Source: Calcarisporiella thermophila CBS 279.70
Lineage: Eukaryota > Fungi > Calcarisporiellomycota
Assembly: GCF_041956535.1 (NCBI RefSeq)
Contig: NW_027192191.1
Location: forward strand, 371,267-435,266
DNA length: 64,000 nt
Direction: 5' to 3'
Part shown: in pieces, positions 1 to 13,036 of the stretch
Numbering within the stretch: position 1 is the stretch's first letter
Layout of the letters: every line of letters begins with the position of its first letter
Position numbers and translations under genes: made by a program
The notes under the pieces: model-generated
Seen by the model: the letters and a program-made list of their open reading frames with translations, nothing else
What the model was told of the DNA's origin: nothing
Databases searched by the model: none

Positions 1-1580
1 ATTTGGTGTATTGGATCTTTGTGCTGCATGGCATCTCGATGCTGCTCCCATGGAATGGTAATTCCCACCTCCCCCCACCCCCCCTCTGGAGATCTCCTTG
101 CTAATGCCCTCTCTTTTCCCTTTCTTTCCCCCCCAACCCTCCTCGCTAGTCTTCATCACAGCCTCCGATTTCTTTTCCCGCAGATTCGCCGGCACACCCT
201 ATGCCGACAGCTTTCAAAATTACTTCTCTATCTGCTATAATGTCCCAAATCTAGTGTTTCTGATCCTTGCCCTCATGTCAAAAAAGCTGGTACGCTCTCT
301 CTTTCTTTTTCCTCTGTTTTGCCTCCATGCATTGGGATTGAGGATAACTTCTTTCCCTCTCTTTTCCTCCGCCAGTCCTTCTCTTGGCGCATCAAGATCG
401 CCATCGTTGCCAACGTGATCGTTATGCTGCTGCTTGCGCTCTCCGCCATGACCGCCGCTCTGGGCACTGGCGAAGTGTACTTCAAGGTGATCCTCACGCT
501 GGTCGCCATCATGGGCGCCTCCGCCGCTCTGTATCAGAATGGCATCTTTTCCCTGGTCTCTCAGTTCCCCGCGATCTACATGCAGGCCGTTATGAGGTAG
601 GAGGGCATTCCCCGGCTTATCCATCCGTGGATCACGGGCCTTGCGCGAATTCGGTGCTTATCTGCTTTTCGTTTTTTTTTTCCTCCCTCCTCTCTAGTGG
701 GCAAGGTATCGGAGGCGTGTCCGTAGCCCTTGCGCAGATCTTGACCACCGTCACCGTCGGCTCCGGCATCAACGTATCCCTTGGTGACGTGCAACTGAGC
801 GCATTCCGCTACTTCATATTTGCCTTCTCCATCTCGTTCACATCCTTTGTGGGGAACTTCGTCCTGCTCAAGCTCCCCGTCTACAAGGTAACTCCTCCCC
901 CCTCTCCCTCTCCCCTCCCCTCCTGCTAATGCTCATGCTCCGTGTCGTCCTAGTATTATACAACGTACAGCGAAGCCGACTCCTCCGTCTTCTCCACCTC
1001 CGAGACGGTGCTGGACGGCATCTCCCAGCAAAAGCCCACGATCCGCCAGGTCCTGCCCAAGATCGTGAAGCCCGCCTTCTCCGTCACCTACGTCTTCCTT
1101 ATCACCCTCGCCCTCTTCCCCTCCATCACCTCCCTCATCCACTCGGTGACCCCCACCAAGTCGCGCTTCTTCGCCAACGATGTCTTCGTCGGGTTCCACT
1201 TCCTGCTCTTCAACATCGGGGACATCGTGGGCAGGGTCATGCCCGGGTTCCGGCTCCTGCAGCTGACCAACGGCAACATGCTTGTGTGGGGCTCCCTCTT
1301 GCGTACCGCGTTTATACCTCTCTTCCTGATTTGTAACGTGGATGTCACCCCTCGGCGCGTGCAAACCCTTATCACCAACGATGGGCTCTATTTCTTCATC
1401 ATGTTTTTGTTCTCCGTGTCCAACGGCTACCTCGGCTCGCTTTCCATGATGGCCGCCCCTCAGGTCCGTGGAATCCGGCAGGGCGAGAAGGACTTGGTGG
1501 GGAGTTTGATGGCGGTGTTTCTGACCGCCGGCCTGGTGCTGGGGTCTGTGTTTTCCTTCCCGCTGCGGATGGCCGCTTAA
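1..1580 (+). CDS. Equilibrative nucleoside transporter (ENT/Fun26-like); start lies upstream of the window
   Basis: Spliced exons give the ENT motifs LLPWN-VFITA, MSGQGIGGV, TLALFPSIT, LLFNIGDIVGR and SNGYLGSLSMMAAP, with many TM helices. Four GT-AG introns; TAA at 1578-1580. Confidence 0.92.
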
Positions 1581-2309
1581 ATGCAGCTCGAGTACCCCCC
1601 CCCCCCTCCCCTCCATCTCTCGTGGGTATGCATGTGTGTGTGCGTGTGTTGTATTCGTTATGGACTCGCTTATCTCGTAGCTTCAAATACACTTGTTTTA
1701 ATAACTGTTTTCTCTTTTTTTTTTCCTACTTTTTTCTTCTATTTCCTCCCATTCCATCTCTGCTTTTAACCTCTGTACATTAATAAATACATCATGGATA
1801 CTTTGCCTCTATTGCTCGCGAGGATCCGAAACCGATCTGGAAAACAAAACGGTCGATTGTCTCTTCTAGGAAAATGCCCACCAGTTTCCCCAATGGGTCG
1901 ATCTTCATAAAGGGGAATCAAAAGGGGGAAGGTGGGGGTTTCATAGCGGCAATTCCTTATGGAAATACCAGGAATGCAAACCTCATGGAAATGGCCCTAA
2001 TTTGGTCGGTGACTAACGCTGGGACAGTACCTATGCATGATATGTCATGATGCGGGGCAGTTATGGAGGGGAAAATACTTAGCGTCCAGCACCTTACCGG
2101 CCCGCTCTTTCTCTCCTCGACGCCCTCATCAGGGAAGCACTCCAACGGATACCTCCTCCTCTCTCACTTGTAAAATGGAGACGAAAGTGCGATCGTGGCC
2201 CGAGGCAGCTCCGAGCCCGTCCTGTCAGTACGAAAGGTATTGATTGAAAGCTTCATTAGAGAGTTCATCGTCGCGAATAAACATGAAAATCCTTTTTGAA
2301 ACACCCTGA

Positions 2310-5300
2310 ATGTCCCAAAGCATTTGGCTTGTCGCGATTCCCCTTCTCTGCACCTTGCTCTCCATCTTTAATCTCCTCCTCCTGCGTCTCCTGACGCGCC
2401 GATTCCATCGCATCGGTCTAAATAACAATAATAGATGGACTTGGGGGGACTATGTGCACATGGTGCTTTTGATTGAGCAGAGTCTGGTCGTCTTAGCAAG
2501 AATCGGCTGGAGGGGCTGGGTGGAGAGGGAAAAATGCGCAGTGGTGAACGCTGCCCTCATGCTAATTCCTGTGGTAAACTCTCCTTTCCACAACACACCC
2601 ATACTCGTCTGCTTGAACTAGTCTTGTTATTTTATCTTTATCTTTTTGCTCACCCTCACCTCCGGAATCCTTTCCAGGTGTACGCACTTGGTTTCTACAT
2701 TTTCTTTTCAAAAAGCTCTGCTGCTACCACTTCTGCCCGTTTGCTCCCGTTGTACACTGTGTACGCTACATGCGGCGCCGCACAGCTCTATTTCTGGGCA
2801 CGGGGTGACCTCTTAACAATAAATGTAGACTGGATACTGGCGATATTGGAGACCGCAGGTTGGTCCTTGCTGATCCTGCTGGTAGGGAGTCGTCCCCTAT
2901 CGGGAGGAGCCGGTGAAAGCCAGGGGCCCTGCGCACACTATGTAAATTTCCTCTCAATGTCACCTCTAGTTGCCCCATCTGATCCCCTTAATGGTGTGTA
3001 TTTGATCAGGAAAAACAGGCGTCGCCCGAAGCGACCATGTCGTTCTTCTCCAGCATGCTGTTTTCCTGGATGAACGGGCTCATCTCGCTTGGAAGCCATC
3101 GGCCCCTCGAGAAGGAGGATCTGTGGGAATTGGCATCCTGGGTCCATCCGGAGGAGGTGTATGAAGAGTTCCAGGGAAAAAGGTAAGCGGACCCCACCTC
3201 TGAACTATTCTGTTCCCTTGCTCACGCCCCTCCCCGCTGAATTTTCTCTTTGCCAATGTTGGGACTGTGTTACAGATCGAATACACTCCTCCGGCGCATC
3301 TGGCTATTGAACCGTGGCATCTTATGGAGACAGCTGGGTCTCGCACTTGCTGCGGTCGCTCTCAGCTATGCGCCTCCCTACTTCCTTCAACAGTTGCTCC
3401 TCTTTTTCGAGCATCCTAGTCAAGGTCCTCTCGTGGATGCCTATCTAGCCGCGTTTTGCATATTTCTCACGAGCTCCGCCTACACTGTGGTCGACAATCA
3501 GGAGGAGAACTACAATCGATTGCTCATGCTGCGAACCTACGCGAGCTTGCAATCTGAGGTGTACAGAAAGTTCTTGAGACGAAAGCTTCTCACCCAGAAC
3601 CCCGTCACCGGGGAGTCAGAGGCAGAGGTAAGCGACAGGGATGAGACCGGGCGGTTGCTCAATCTAATGACGACGGATGCGGAGCGCGTCTCATCCCTCT
3701 TCAACTACCTCATCGCCCTAAGCATGACCCCACTGCACATTGTTCTGGGCACCCTTTTCCTCTACAACGTGTTGGGCTGGAGCGCCCTCATTGGCATGCT
3801 TGCCCTGCTTCTTGCTCTCCCGCTTCAGCTCGTGTCGAGCCGAGCTTACTCGCGGCTGCAGAAATCGCTGCTGCAGACGAAGGATGCGCGCATCTCCCTG
3901 ACGAGTGAACTGTTGAAGGCGGTGAGGATCGTGAAGTTCTGCGCGTTTGAGCGAAGATTCGGGGACAAGATCTTGGAGGCTAGGGAAAAGGAACTGAAAT
4001 GCTATCTGCACCGTAAGTATTCTCTACCGTTGCTTTTCTTGGCTTGATGATTTATCGGCGAGTTAACTCTCCATCCTTCTCCCCCCCTCTCCGTCTTTTC
4101 TTCGCCTCCCTCCCCGGTAGTGTTCATTATAAGAGGAATTTTCGATTTGACTTGGTTCCTACTGCCCACCCTTGTTACCATAATCGCCCTCTTTTCGTAC
4201 ACGAAGATTTTCCAAAACGAGCTGTAAGCCCTCTCTCTCCTCAAAATGGTCTTTTCGGATGGATTCTATTGACCCCCCCCCTTCTTTGAATTCTCTAGCA
4301 CGGCGGCAAAAACCTTCACCGCCATCACCCTTTTCGACATACTCCGGGTTCCCTTCACCCTCTTCACTGAAAAATTTCTCAAAAGTCAGGACGCCATTGT
4401 GTCGCTTCGCCGCCTCGAAGTATTTTTGCAATCAGAAGAGTCGGAAAAGTACGATCCCCAGCAGGATGTGCAGGGGCAAATCGAGGAGGGGGGTTTGGTG
4501 GAGGAGGGAGACGCTCGCGAGCTTGCCTTGGTGAACGGAACCTTTTGCTGGCCTACCCTAAAGTCCAGCTCGAGCAGCTCAATATCCACGAAGATCTCCA
4601 GCGAGGATCATTGCTCAGGCATCACTCATGGCTTACTCTCTCAGGTCCTCCCTACCTCGTCGACCTCTCTGAAGCCGCCCGTCGCTCTTAGAGCTTTGAC
4701 CATTAGCTTTCCGCGTGGAAAGCTGAGCATTATCTGTGGGCCTACTGGTTGCGGGAAGACGGCTCTCCTGCTTGCTCTTTTGGGGGAGATGGAAAGAGTT
4801 GGCGGATTTGTCCAGGCGCCCACCCTGGGAAGTCAGGAAGAGATTGAGAGGGCCAGGGTGGTGGACTCGAGCGGGCTCTCGCACAATGGGGTTGCGTATG
4901 TTGCGCAACAAGCCTGGCTGCTCAACGCCACCGTACGGGACAATATCCTCTTCGGGGAGGAGTGGAATGCCGAGCGCTACCGCCGAGTCATCGAGGCCTG
5001 CGCGCTCACCAGAGACCTCGAAATTTTGCGTGCCGGCGACTTGACCGAGATCGGCGAGAACGGAATCACGCTCTCCGGCGGCCAGAAGCAGCGTATTGCC
5101 CTGGCCCGTGCTCTATATAGCCCCGCGCGCCACCTCCTCCTCGACGACCCCCTCTCGGCGGTGGATGCCAATGTGGCCCGGCATATATACGAGCAGTGTC
5201 TCACCGGCGACTTGACCAAAGGTCGAACTCGCATTCTGGTGACCCACCACTTGAAGCTCTCTCTGCCCTCTGCAAGCATGATTTTGCTGATGGGGGAGGG

Positions 5301-8103
5301 TGGAACCGTTGTAGGCAGGGGGACGGTGGACGAGATAAAGGAGCAGGGGCTGCTCTCAGAGGTGCTGAGCGTGGAGGGAAAGAAACAGGTGGAGTCCATG
5401 CTGGCGATGAAGGAGGAGGAGGAAGAAGGAGAAGAGGGCGCGGAGACGATAAGCGATCCCAGCTCGCCTTCTCCCGCAATGGGCGACGATGAAGACGGGC
5501 AGTCAAAACCCATCTTCTTGGGGACGAACGAGGAGATGCGGCAGAGAGGTCGTACTCAATGGAGCGTGTATGGACGGTACTTGAAAGCCAATGGCAATGT
5601 GCCTTTTTGGATCCTTCTGATGACCTTGTTTTCCGCTCACCAATTGCTCGAGGTGGTGGACAGGTGGGTGTTGAAGGTCTGGAGCGAGGACACGTCCATT
5701 CCTGGGCTGTGGTCCTGGACACTCACCACCCTGGCGCCCGGTACCTTGATAGCTCTAAGTGCTCAACACGATAACAATTATTATCTCCGTATGAATCCAA
5801 GTGTACCATGCAGTTGGACTGATGATTGGAAAACAGTAACCCTTTTTTTTGTATTTGTATGGTTATGTTACCATAGTGGTCTATTGCTCTGTTCAGCTCG
5901 CCATCGTGGTCATTCTGATCTTCCGGACGGCAGCGTTGTACTATGGCTCTCTACGGGCTTCGCGTAATCTCCACCAGGAGTTGCTGCGGGTGATACTCCA
6001 CGCGCCGCTACGCTTTTTCGACACGTGCCCCATAGGCCGAGTCTTGAACCGCTTCTCGAACGACCTTGACACCATCGACAACACGCTCGCCCTGAACTGG
6101 AGCTTTGTCCTCTGGAACTCGCTGCAGATAATAGCAGGTATCGCGGTGATCTCGGTGATTGCCCCGGCGTTCTTGCTATTTGTGGTGGGCGTGGGGATCC
6201 TGTACAGCGGGATAGGCCTCTACTATATCCGAAGCTCTCGCGAATTGAAGCGTCTGAGCAGCGTCGCGCGTTCCCCGGTCTATTCGCTCATCTCCGAAAC
6301 CTCCACGTAACCTATGCCCCCTATTAGGCTTTCATCTTCTAATTGGTTGATATTTTTTGCTTTATGGTAGTGGGTTGGCGACCATCAGGGCGTTTGGGCG
6401 CGAGGCCTACTTCTTTCGAGATCTCTTGAAAAGGTGCGAACTGACAAGAAAACGGTTGCATATGCATCTATCTCACCCTCTCCCCTCTCCCAATCTAGAA
6501 TCAACCGAACCATCCAGACCACCTATTTTCTCTGGGCCTGCAACCGTTGGCTTGCCGTGCGTGTGGAGCTGCTGGGAAGTTCGATCACCTTTATTGTAGC
6601 CATCTTGCTACTTGGTAATCTGGACCACATCACTGCTGGCGGGGCGGGTTTGGCTCTGACCTTCACTAGGACGGTGCTGTTGTATAGTTATGTAGGTTAT
6701 ATTTTTACTGGGACCACTAATATCTAACACTTTCACCCAACAACTCTGTCCATCCTTGTCTAGTGGCTCATCTTGCAACTCACTTACGTGGAGTTGGAAT
6801 TAAACAGGTAGATGAGTTCGACTACCTTAACCTTCCCCCCCTTCCCCCCTCCCGAATTGGTCCAGCTGACTCTCTCCTATTTTGCATCTAGCGTCGAGCG
6901 AGTTGAGGAGTATATACGCCTCATCCCACAAGAACCTCCTGCCATCATCGAAAATTCAAGACCTCCAGCCGGGGTAGCGCATCCATGAAGATGGCTGTCT
7001 CAAAGGATTTATACTGATGGGTTATTTTTTTTATTTCAACTGTAGTGGCCTTTTGAAGGGAAGATAGTGGTGCAAAATCTCTGGATCCGCTACTCTCCGG
7101 AGCTGGACCCCGTTTTACGAAATCTTTCGTTCGAAATCAAAGGCGGCGAGAAGATAGCTATTGTCGGGCGAACCGGTTCAGGGTATTTCTTCTTTGCTCA
7201 TCCTGTGGCTGTATTCTCACCTTATGTGTTCTCACTCCAATACTTTTACGCTCTTCTCTCTTGATCCAAAGGAAATCCACGCTGGCTCTAGCTCTTATGC
7301 GCTTCATGGACCCTTGTGAAGGAAGAATTGAGATTGATGGGGTGGACATCACAAGTATTGGCGTGGAAGACCTTCGTTCGAGGCTGACCATCATTCCGCA
7401 AGGTATAGGAAAGTGATAAATTAGGATTTCCGAGCTCTGTATTGATCCCGATTTTTGCGGTCCTCCTATGTTGACCGCGGATTCCGCCATAGATGCTATT
7501 CTCATGTCCGGCACCGTCCGTTCCAACCTTGACCAGTTTGATGAGTACGATGACTCCGCACTATGGGATGCTCTGTATAGTGTGCACCTTGTGCCAAGAA
7601 CAGTCTCCAGCTCGTCTTGCTCCTCTCTCTCCTCTTCGGCAGGCTCTTCCCTCGTCGGAACCAATTCGCATGGCCCCGCCCCGAATCACGAGACTGCCCC
7701 TCAGGTCACTGCCATTACCAGCCTAGATGATCCGGTCGCGGAGGGCGGCTCGAATTTCAGCCAGGGCCAAAGGCAGCTCTTGTGTCTCGCCCGTGCGCTT
7801 CTCCATCGCTCAAAGATAGTGATCATGGACGAGGCCACCTCGTCGGTCGACATGCGCACCGACCGCAAGATTCAGCGCACTCTGCGTGCACTAGATCTCT
7901 TCGTCAGTGGCTCAACCCTCATCACCATTGCACATCGTCTTCACACGGTGATCGACTATGACCGGGTGATGGTGTTAGACGCGGGAGAGGTGGTCGAGTT
8001 CGATGAACCTCGCCACCTATTCCATCGGGAAACTAGCATGTTCAGGCAGCTCTGTGTGCAGTCTGGGGAACTCGACCACTTGAGAGGCTTGCTTAAAACT
8101 TGA
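2310..8103 (+). CDS. ABCC/MRP-type full-length ABC transporter (Ybt1/Ycf1-like)
   Basis: Hydrophobic TMD0 and TMD1. NBD1 has [16 protein letters not shown] and LLLDD. An acidic linker precedes TMD2 ([17 protein letters not shown]). NBD2 has GRTGSG/KS, FSQGQRQ, IMDEAT and IAHRL. About 13 GT-AG introns join in frame. Confidence 0.95.
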
Positions 8104-10418
8104 TCTCCGCGAGCGAGCCATTCCTCTTTTTTCTTTCCCAACCTATTTTTAAATTTTTTTTTAATTTATTTCGACCACAATGACAAAAATTTCACTAATG
8201 TATTATGCTTTCGTGGCTATTGATTAACAAAATTGTATTCGATTCCAATTGCATCACTAGAATAAAATCAACGCTGCGGTCCTTTGATGTATATGCACAT
8301 CTTTTCTTTATATATACGATTTGCATTTTAAGGTAAGGGATAGGACGAGAACTGGCCAGCTAATTTGGCCATATTAGGGGACGAATTTGCAAAGACTTGA
8401 ATGATCGATTGATGGCCCCACAGACTCCAGATCGGATTACAAAAAGGGATTTGGATGATTAGGCGATCCACATGCGTCTGGCAGATATCCCGGCCAGCCA
8501 TCAGAGGATCTGAACAGGCCCCACCAGTAGAAAAGGCCAAAAGTTCGTGGTGGCAGATCTTCGGGCAAAGCCTAAATATAGAAACTTGCCTGCTGCCTAC
8601 TACCAACACCGAAACATTAATTGCCCTGCTCCTTTGCTTGGCAGAGGTTTTCACTATTACGCAATTCGGTTTGTTATCGCGTGCTTGGGATCCTTTTAGA
8701 CTGGACTATTGTAAGATGGGTACCTTGCAAAAGGGTTTAACCTCGAAACTCGTAAGACTAGTTTTCCCATTTAACTTGCAGTACAAACACAAGTTTCTTG
8801 TGTTTACTCCACGCCTTTGAGTCACTAGGATGTTCTATCACGCTTCACTGGAACCTCGACGACAAATATCGCACTCACCGTAGGTGATGCGTACAAATTA
8901 TATTCGAAAGTTTAATATCCATGTTATTTTGGCTAGCAGGCGCGTTAATTCGTTGAACAAATTGGATCCTTCTTCTTCATTTGATTGCATGATCCACAGT
9001 GCCACAACAACTTGGAAGTTAGCTAAACTGGGGTGTATAGAGAGCTAAAAGCAAGTGGGCTAGATATCTGGAATCAGAGCACAAAAGTGGTAGGGAGGAG
9101 AGAGTTAAAAAGAGCAAGGCCAATGCTTCGGAGCGGAGAGTGTCTGCCACAAACACTTAACCATAGACTATTGGCCTCGAAGCAATCAAGGTACAGGAGA
9201 TATAAAATAAGGAAGCTTGGCCGCCTTAAGAGTTGACACATCATGCGAGAATATATCAGTGCCACCATTATCATTGTTATAAAAGTTAATTGTGGACATC
9301 TGCATCTGCATGAGGGAGCGGATGCACTTGTTATTTTTAATTATTACTTTGGGACTTCAGAACCAATGCCACAGCCGCAAACTGGATTAGCTGCAGTATA
9401 ACATATCCTCTCAAAGCACCAGGATTTTGCCTGAGAATATGAATTTGAAACCACGCCTAGGATGCCGACCACACAACTGACGAAATCTGCGATACTCGGA
9501 TGGAATACTCGATAATTTGCTCTTCCAGTACAACGCAATATGCTTAGCTTTTGGATGAGGTTGCAAGGTAAATATATAATGAAGAGACGCTGAATTCTAG
9601 GTACACTCTCGAATACAACCTCAATTCTTTATTGCTCCCCTCCTAGCTCAGCCTTGTTTCCTGGACACGAAATGAAAACATATTTGTACGGACAACTACA
9701 AAAAAGGGCTGCTTGGATATTAAAGCCAATCTGTGCTCTAAGCCTGACTCTCAACAGTGTCGCACCAAAGAACCCGTCGCGCCACCCCATTAGCTACTGC
9801 CATCGTTTGGGCATTGCATAGTCAGTGTCGAGAAGGGACGAGCTCCACGGATAATCCTCTTCTGCCATAATTGAGCATTCTATATGAATCATAAATATTT
9901 TCACCAATTTTTTTGTCTTTGGTGGAGGGGGCTAGTTCGTCAATGCCGCAAATCCTTTGTGCGGTGTCTTTGCTGTAGCCTTGCGTGACGGAAAACGCTG
10001 AATCTGTTCACCCTGCTAGTTACCCTCGGGTAATTGGATTCGAAATAAGCCGCCAAAATTTAAGTTGCTGCATTTAATATTCTTAATAACCAAAAGAGTC
10101 CAGTGCCTTTTATGCATTTTATCGAATTTGGCGTGACTGATCTTGTGACTTACTTTTCATTCATTGCTCTTCATCAGGCATGCAGGGGCAAAGAGGAAAG
10201 ATAACTTTTACCAGGTGTTTAAAATGAGGGGGCCTCTTCCGACTTGCCTGTCTTAATTGAATCGTGTACTTTTTTTTTTAAAGAAGTAAACCCACCCCTC
10301 GTCTAGCTAGAAATTCCCTATATTCTGTACATGTGCATTACTAGCCACTTGTATTAGTACTATATACTCTCTCTAGTTATTTTTGTTAACACGTATTCTT
10401 GACATAACGTGACTAGTT

Positions 10419-12476
10419 ATGGTGGTTCAACAAGCTATGCATTTAATAGTACCGGCCTACCATGAGCTCCCGAACCTGCGCCGCAGCTCATTGCCCCTTA
10501 TTTCAGCTGGCAAGCTGCGGCGTTTCGATGGGGATGCTGGGCCAAGCGTGCCATTTGGTAAGATAGGCTAGCCTTGCTATGAGAAACTTTTTTGTCTCGG
10601 CGTTGCATGCCCACTTTGCTAATCATTGGATGCTACGATTAGCCCTCCCCTCCATTCTTGAGACAGGTTTCACCTTCGACTTTGATGCTGCCTGGAAAAG
10701 TTGTTGCAATGAAGAGCCCCTAACCCATGCGCGGCCGACCAAGTTAGCTTCCCATGTTGAGGCCGAGACGGAAATTAAAGTGATGCTGCCGAGGATCTAT
10801 TTTAATAATCTCCCATACGAGCTGAAGCTGGAAATATTCAAGTACTTAAGTATTCCGCAACTATTGATTGCCGCCCAGGTAAAAACTCTGGAATAGTCGG
10901 GAATTTATTTTCTTTGAAAAAAAAAATTGAGCTTTTGGTGAATGGGTGTTTAGGTTTGCAAGAGTTGGCGGGTGCTGGCCATGGATGGGTCCCTTTGGTC
11001 GGTGATAAATTTCGATATCATACCCAAAATATCCGGACAAAGTTTGCTAGAGCTTGGGGTCTATGCTGGACGATTTCTCTATGTCTTGAACTTAAGGTAA
11101 CATTTCATGCTTAGAAAACTTCTCCTTCTCGGCATATTTACAATGGAATCTCCTCCTTTTTGTCAATACTTGTGTTTTATAGAGGTTGTTACCTTCTCTC
11201 CTCCATCATACTTCGCACCTTCGCCGAGCGCTGTCCAAATATACGGCATCTCACTATTCAGGGCTGCAAGCACCCATCCTCCGCGAGCATTGCCTATCTA
11301 CTTCGTCATCTCCCAAACCTACGTCATCTAAACCTCGCCTGTCTATTCCCAAAGGTTAACGACTACACGCTCCATACCCTTGCTACTGCATGTCCCAAGC
11401 TCGAGTATCTGAACATCGCGTGGTGTCGCAGCATCACGGACCGGGGCCTCACAGTAATCTTGAAGGGATGCCCGAGGCTGAAGACGCTGAAAATCGATGG
11501 CATGGTATCGCTTGGAAGGGGGGGCGATGAGGTGGTCGCCGAGGTGATCAAGGCCTTCGAGGGGATGCGAGAGCTGCGACGGTTGTCCATGGCAGGATGC
11601 AGCAGCCTCACGGACGCGTGCATTGAACAGCTCATTCGGTATATACCCAAGCTCACGCACCTCAACCTGTCGAACTGCATCCTCCTCACCAACACGGCAC
11701 TCCGGCACCTCGGGGCGGGTGGTCCCGCGCTGGAGCATCTTGATCTTGCGGGATGCTCTGCAATTGCAGATGATGGACTAGTGGCTCTCGCAGCGGGTTG
11801 TCGCCGGCTGCGCTCCATCGACCTCGAGGACTGCGTGATAGTATCGGACACGGGGCTTCGTGCACTAGCATCGCATTGCCAGCAGCTGGAGAAGGTGTGC
11901 CTGAGCTTCTGTGAGATGGTCACTGATGAGGGCGTGGAGCACCTGGTGAGGGAGTGCCCCTTGGTAAGATTAGAGCTCGACAACTGCCCGCTGGTGGGGG
12001 ATGCCGTACTGCAGGCGTTCATTGATCGGTATCGACGGCAGCAGAGTCAGGGCCGCTTGCACGAAAATGTCCATCGGGTGACCGTCGAGGTCTTTGACTG
12101 CCGGAGAGTGAGTCTCAAGGCCATCCTCGAAGCCGAGCATGCGGTGCCTCATCTAAGGGTGATGAGTTACTATTCGTGGATGCCTGGCTTCAACTCGCTC
12201 CGGGCCTCTCTGGTCCTCTCCGATATTGACCAGGCGGACAATTCAGAGACGGAGGCGGGGACAGGCAACGAGGGTGGGATTGAGGAGATGGGCGGAGGCC
12301 ATGAAGGCGTAACTCACACGATTTCACCTCCGGATCACCATGCTGCTGCTGCGTCTTCTTCCTCGGCCGGAGCTAATCGAGGAATGGTGCCCACCTCGCC
12401 CACTCTGGCTGCCACCTATCTCCGGGACCGTGTGGGCCGTCGGCGAAGACTAAGTACTTCCTGTTGTATTTCTTGA
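10419..12476 (+). CDS. F-box/LRR protein, FBXL2/FBXL20-like, with C-terminal CaaX
   Basis: F-box LPYELKLEIFKYL...VCKSWRVLAMDGSLW, followed by many cysteine-containing LRRs (LxxLxLxxCxxITD). Ends RRRRLSTSCCIS*. Three introns; the ATG at 10419 is inferred. Confidence 0.9.
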
Positions 12477-13036
12477 ATTGTGGAGCAGATGGCCAACTCT
12501 CCCCCCCCCCCCTTTATATATGTTGCTATATTGTCTTTTGCTTCTTCTCTTTATATACAGCAATCTGCGCAATATTTATGTAAAATGTAGAGAAAACACT
12601 TGAAATGTAATATTTTCTAGTTCTTTTCGTAGGTTTATTGTGTTGTCTTTTTTCTACTTTTTTCTTCTCCTGTTGTAGTATCACTAATGGAAGCGGCGAG
12701 AATCGGCCTCACGCTGAACTGATTTTCGTGGTTTCTAAAATATATTTTCTTCTAATGATACAAAATTTACAACCTCTATATACAACACGAATTTCAGGGG
12801 GTGAGATAGGATACAAAAGCTGAAATCAAGGAAACATTTTGAAGAATAAGAGCGTGAGAAAGAGAAATGTGGAAAGGCAAAAAAGGGGGGGGGGATAGAG
12901 GGACCCACAAAATCAAAGCCGATTATACTTAGCTTGAAATAATACTCAGCTGATAAATTACTTTTAGGGAAGCTCAAAGAATCAAGGAAGTGTAAATCAA
13001 AATAAGAAAGAGAGAGTTAAGAAACGGGAAGGCTCA

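Noticed and set aside
933-5722. Long antisense and alternate-frame ORFs over the ENT and ABC genes (also over the F-box and LPMO genes)
   Set aside because: These are shadow ORFs expected from high GC3 codon bias.
8200-10300. Short ORFs (8455-8820, 8328-8654, 9033-9236, 9344-9538) as a gene or transposon relic
   Set aside because: The frames I translated show no recognisable domain, no consistent splice model and no terminal repeats. A decayed element cannot be excluded without tBLASTx.
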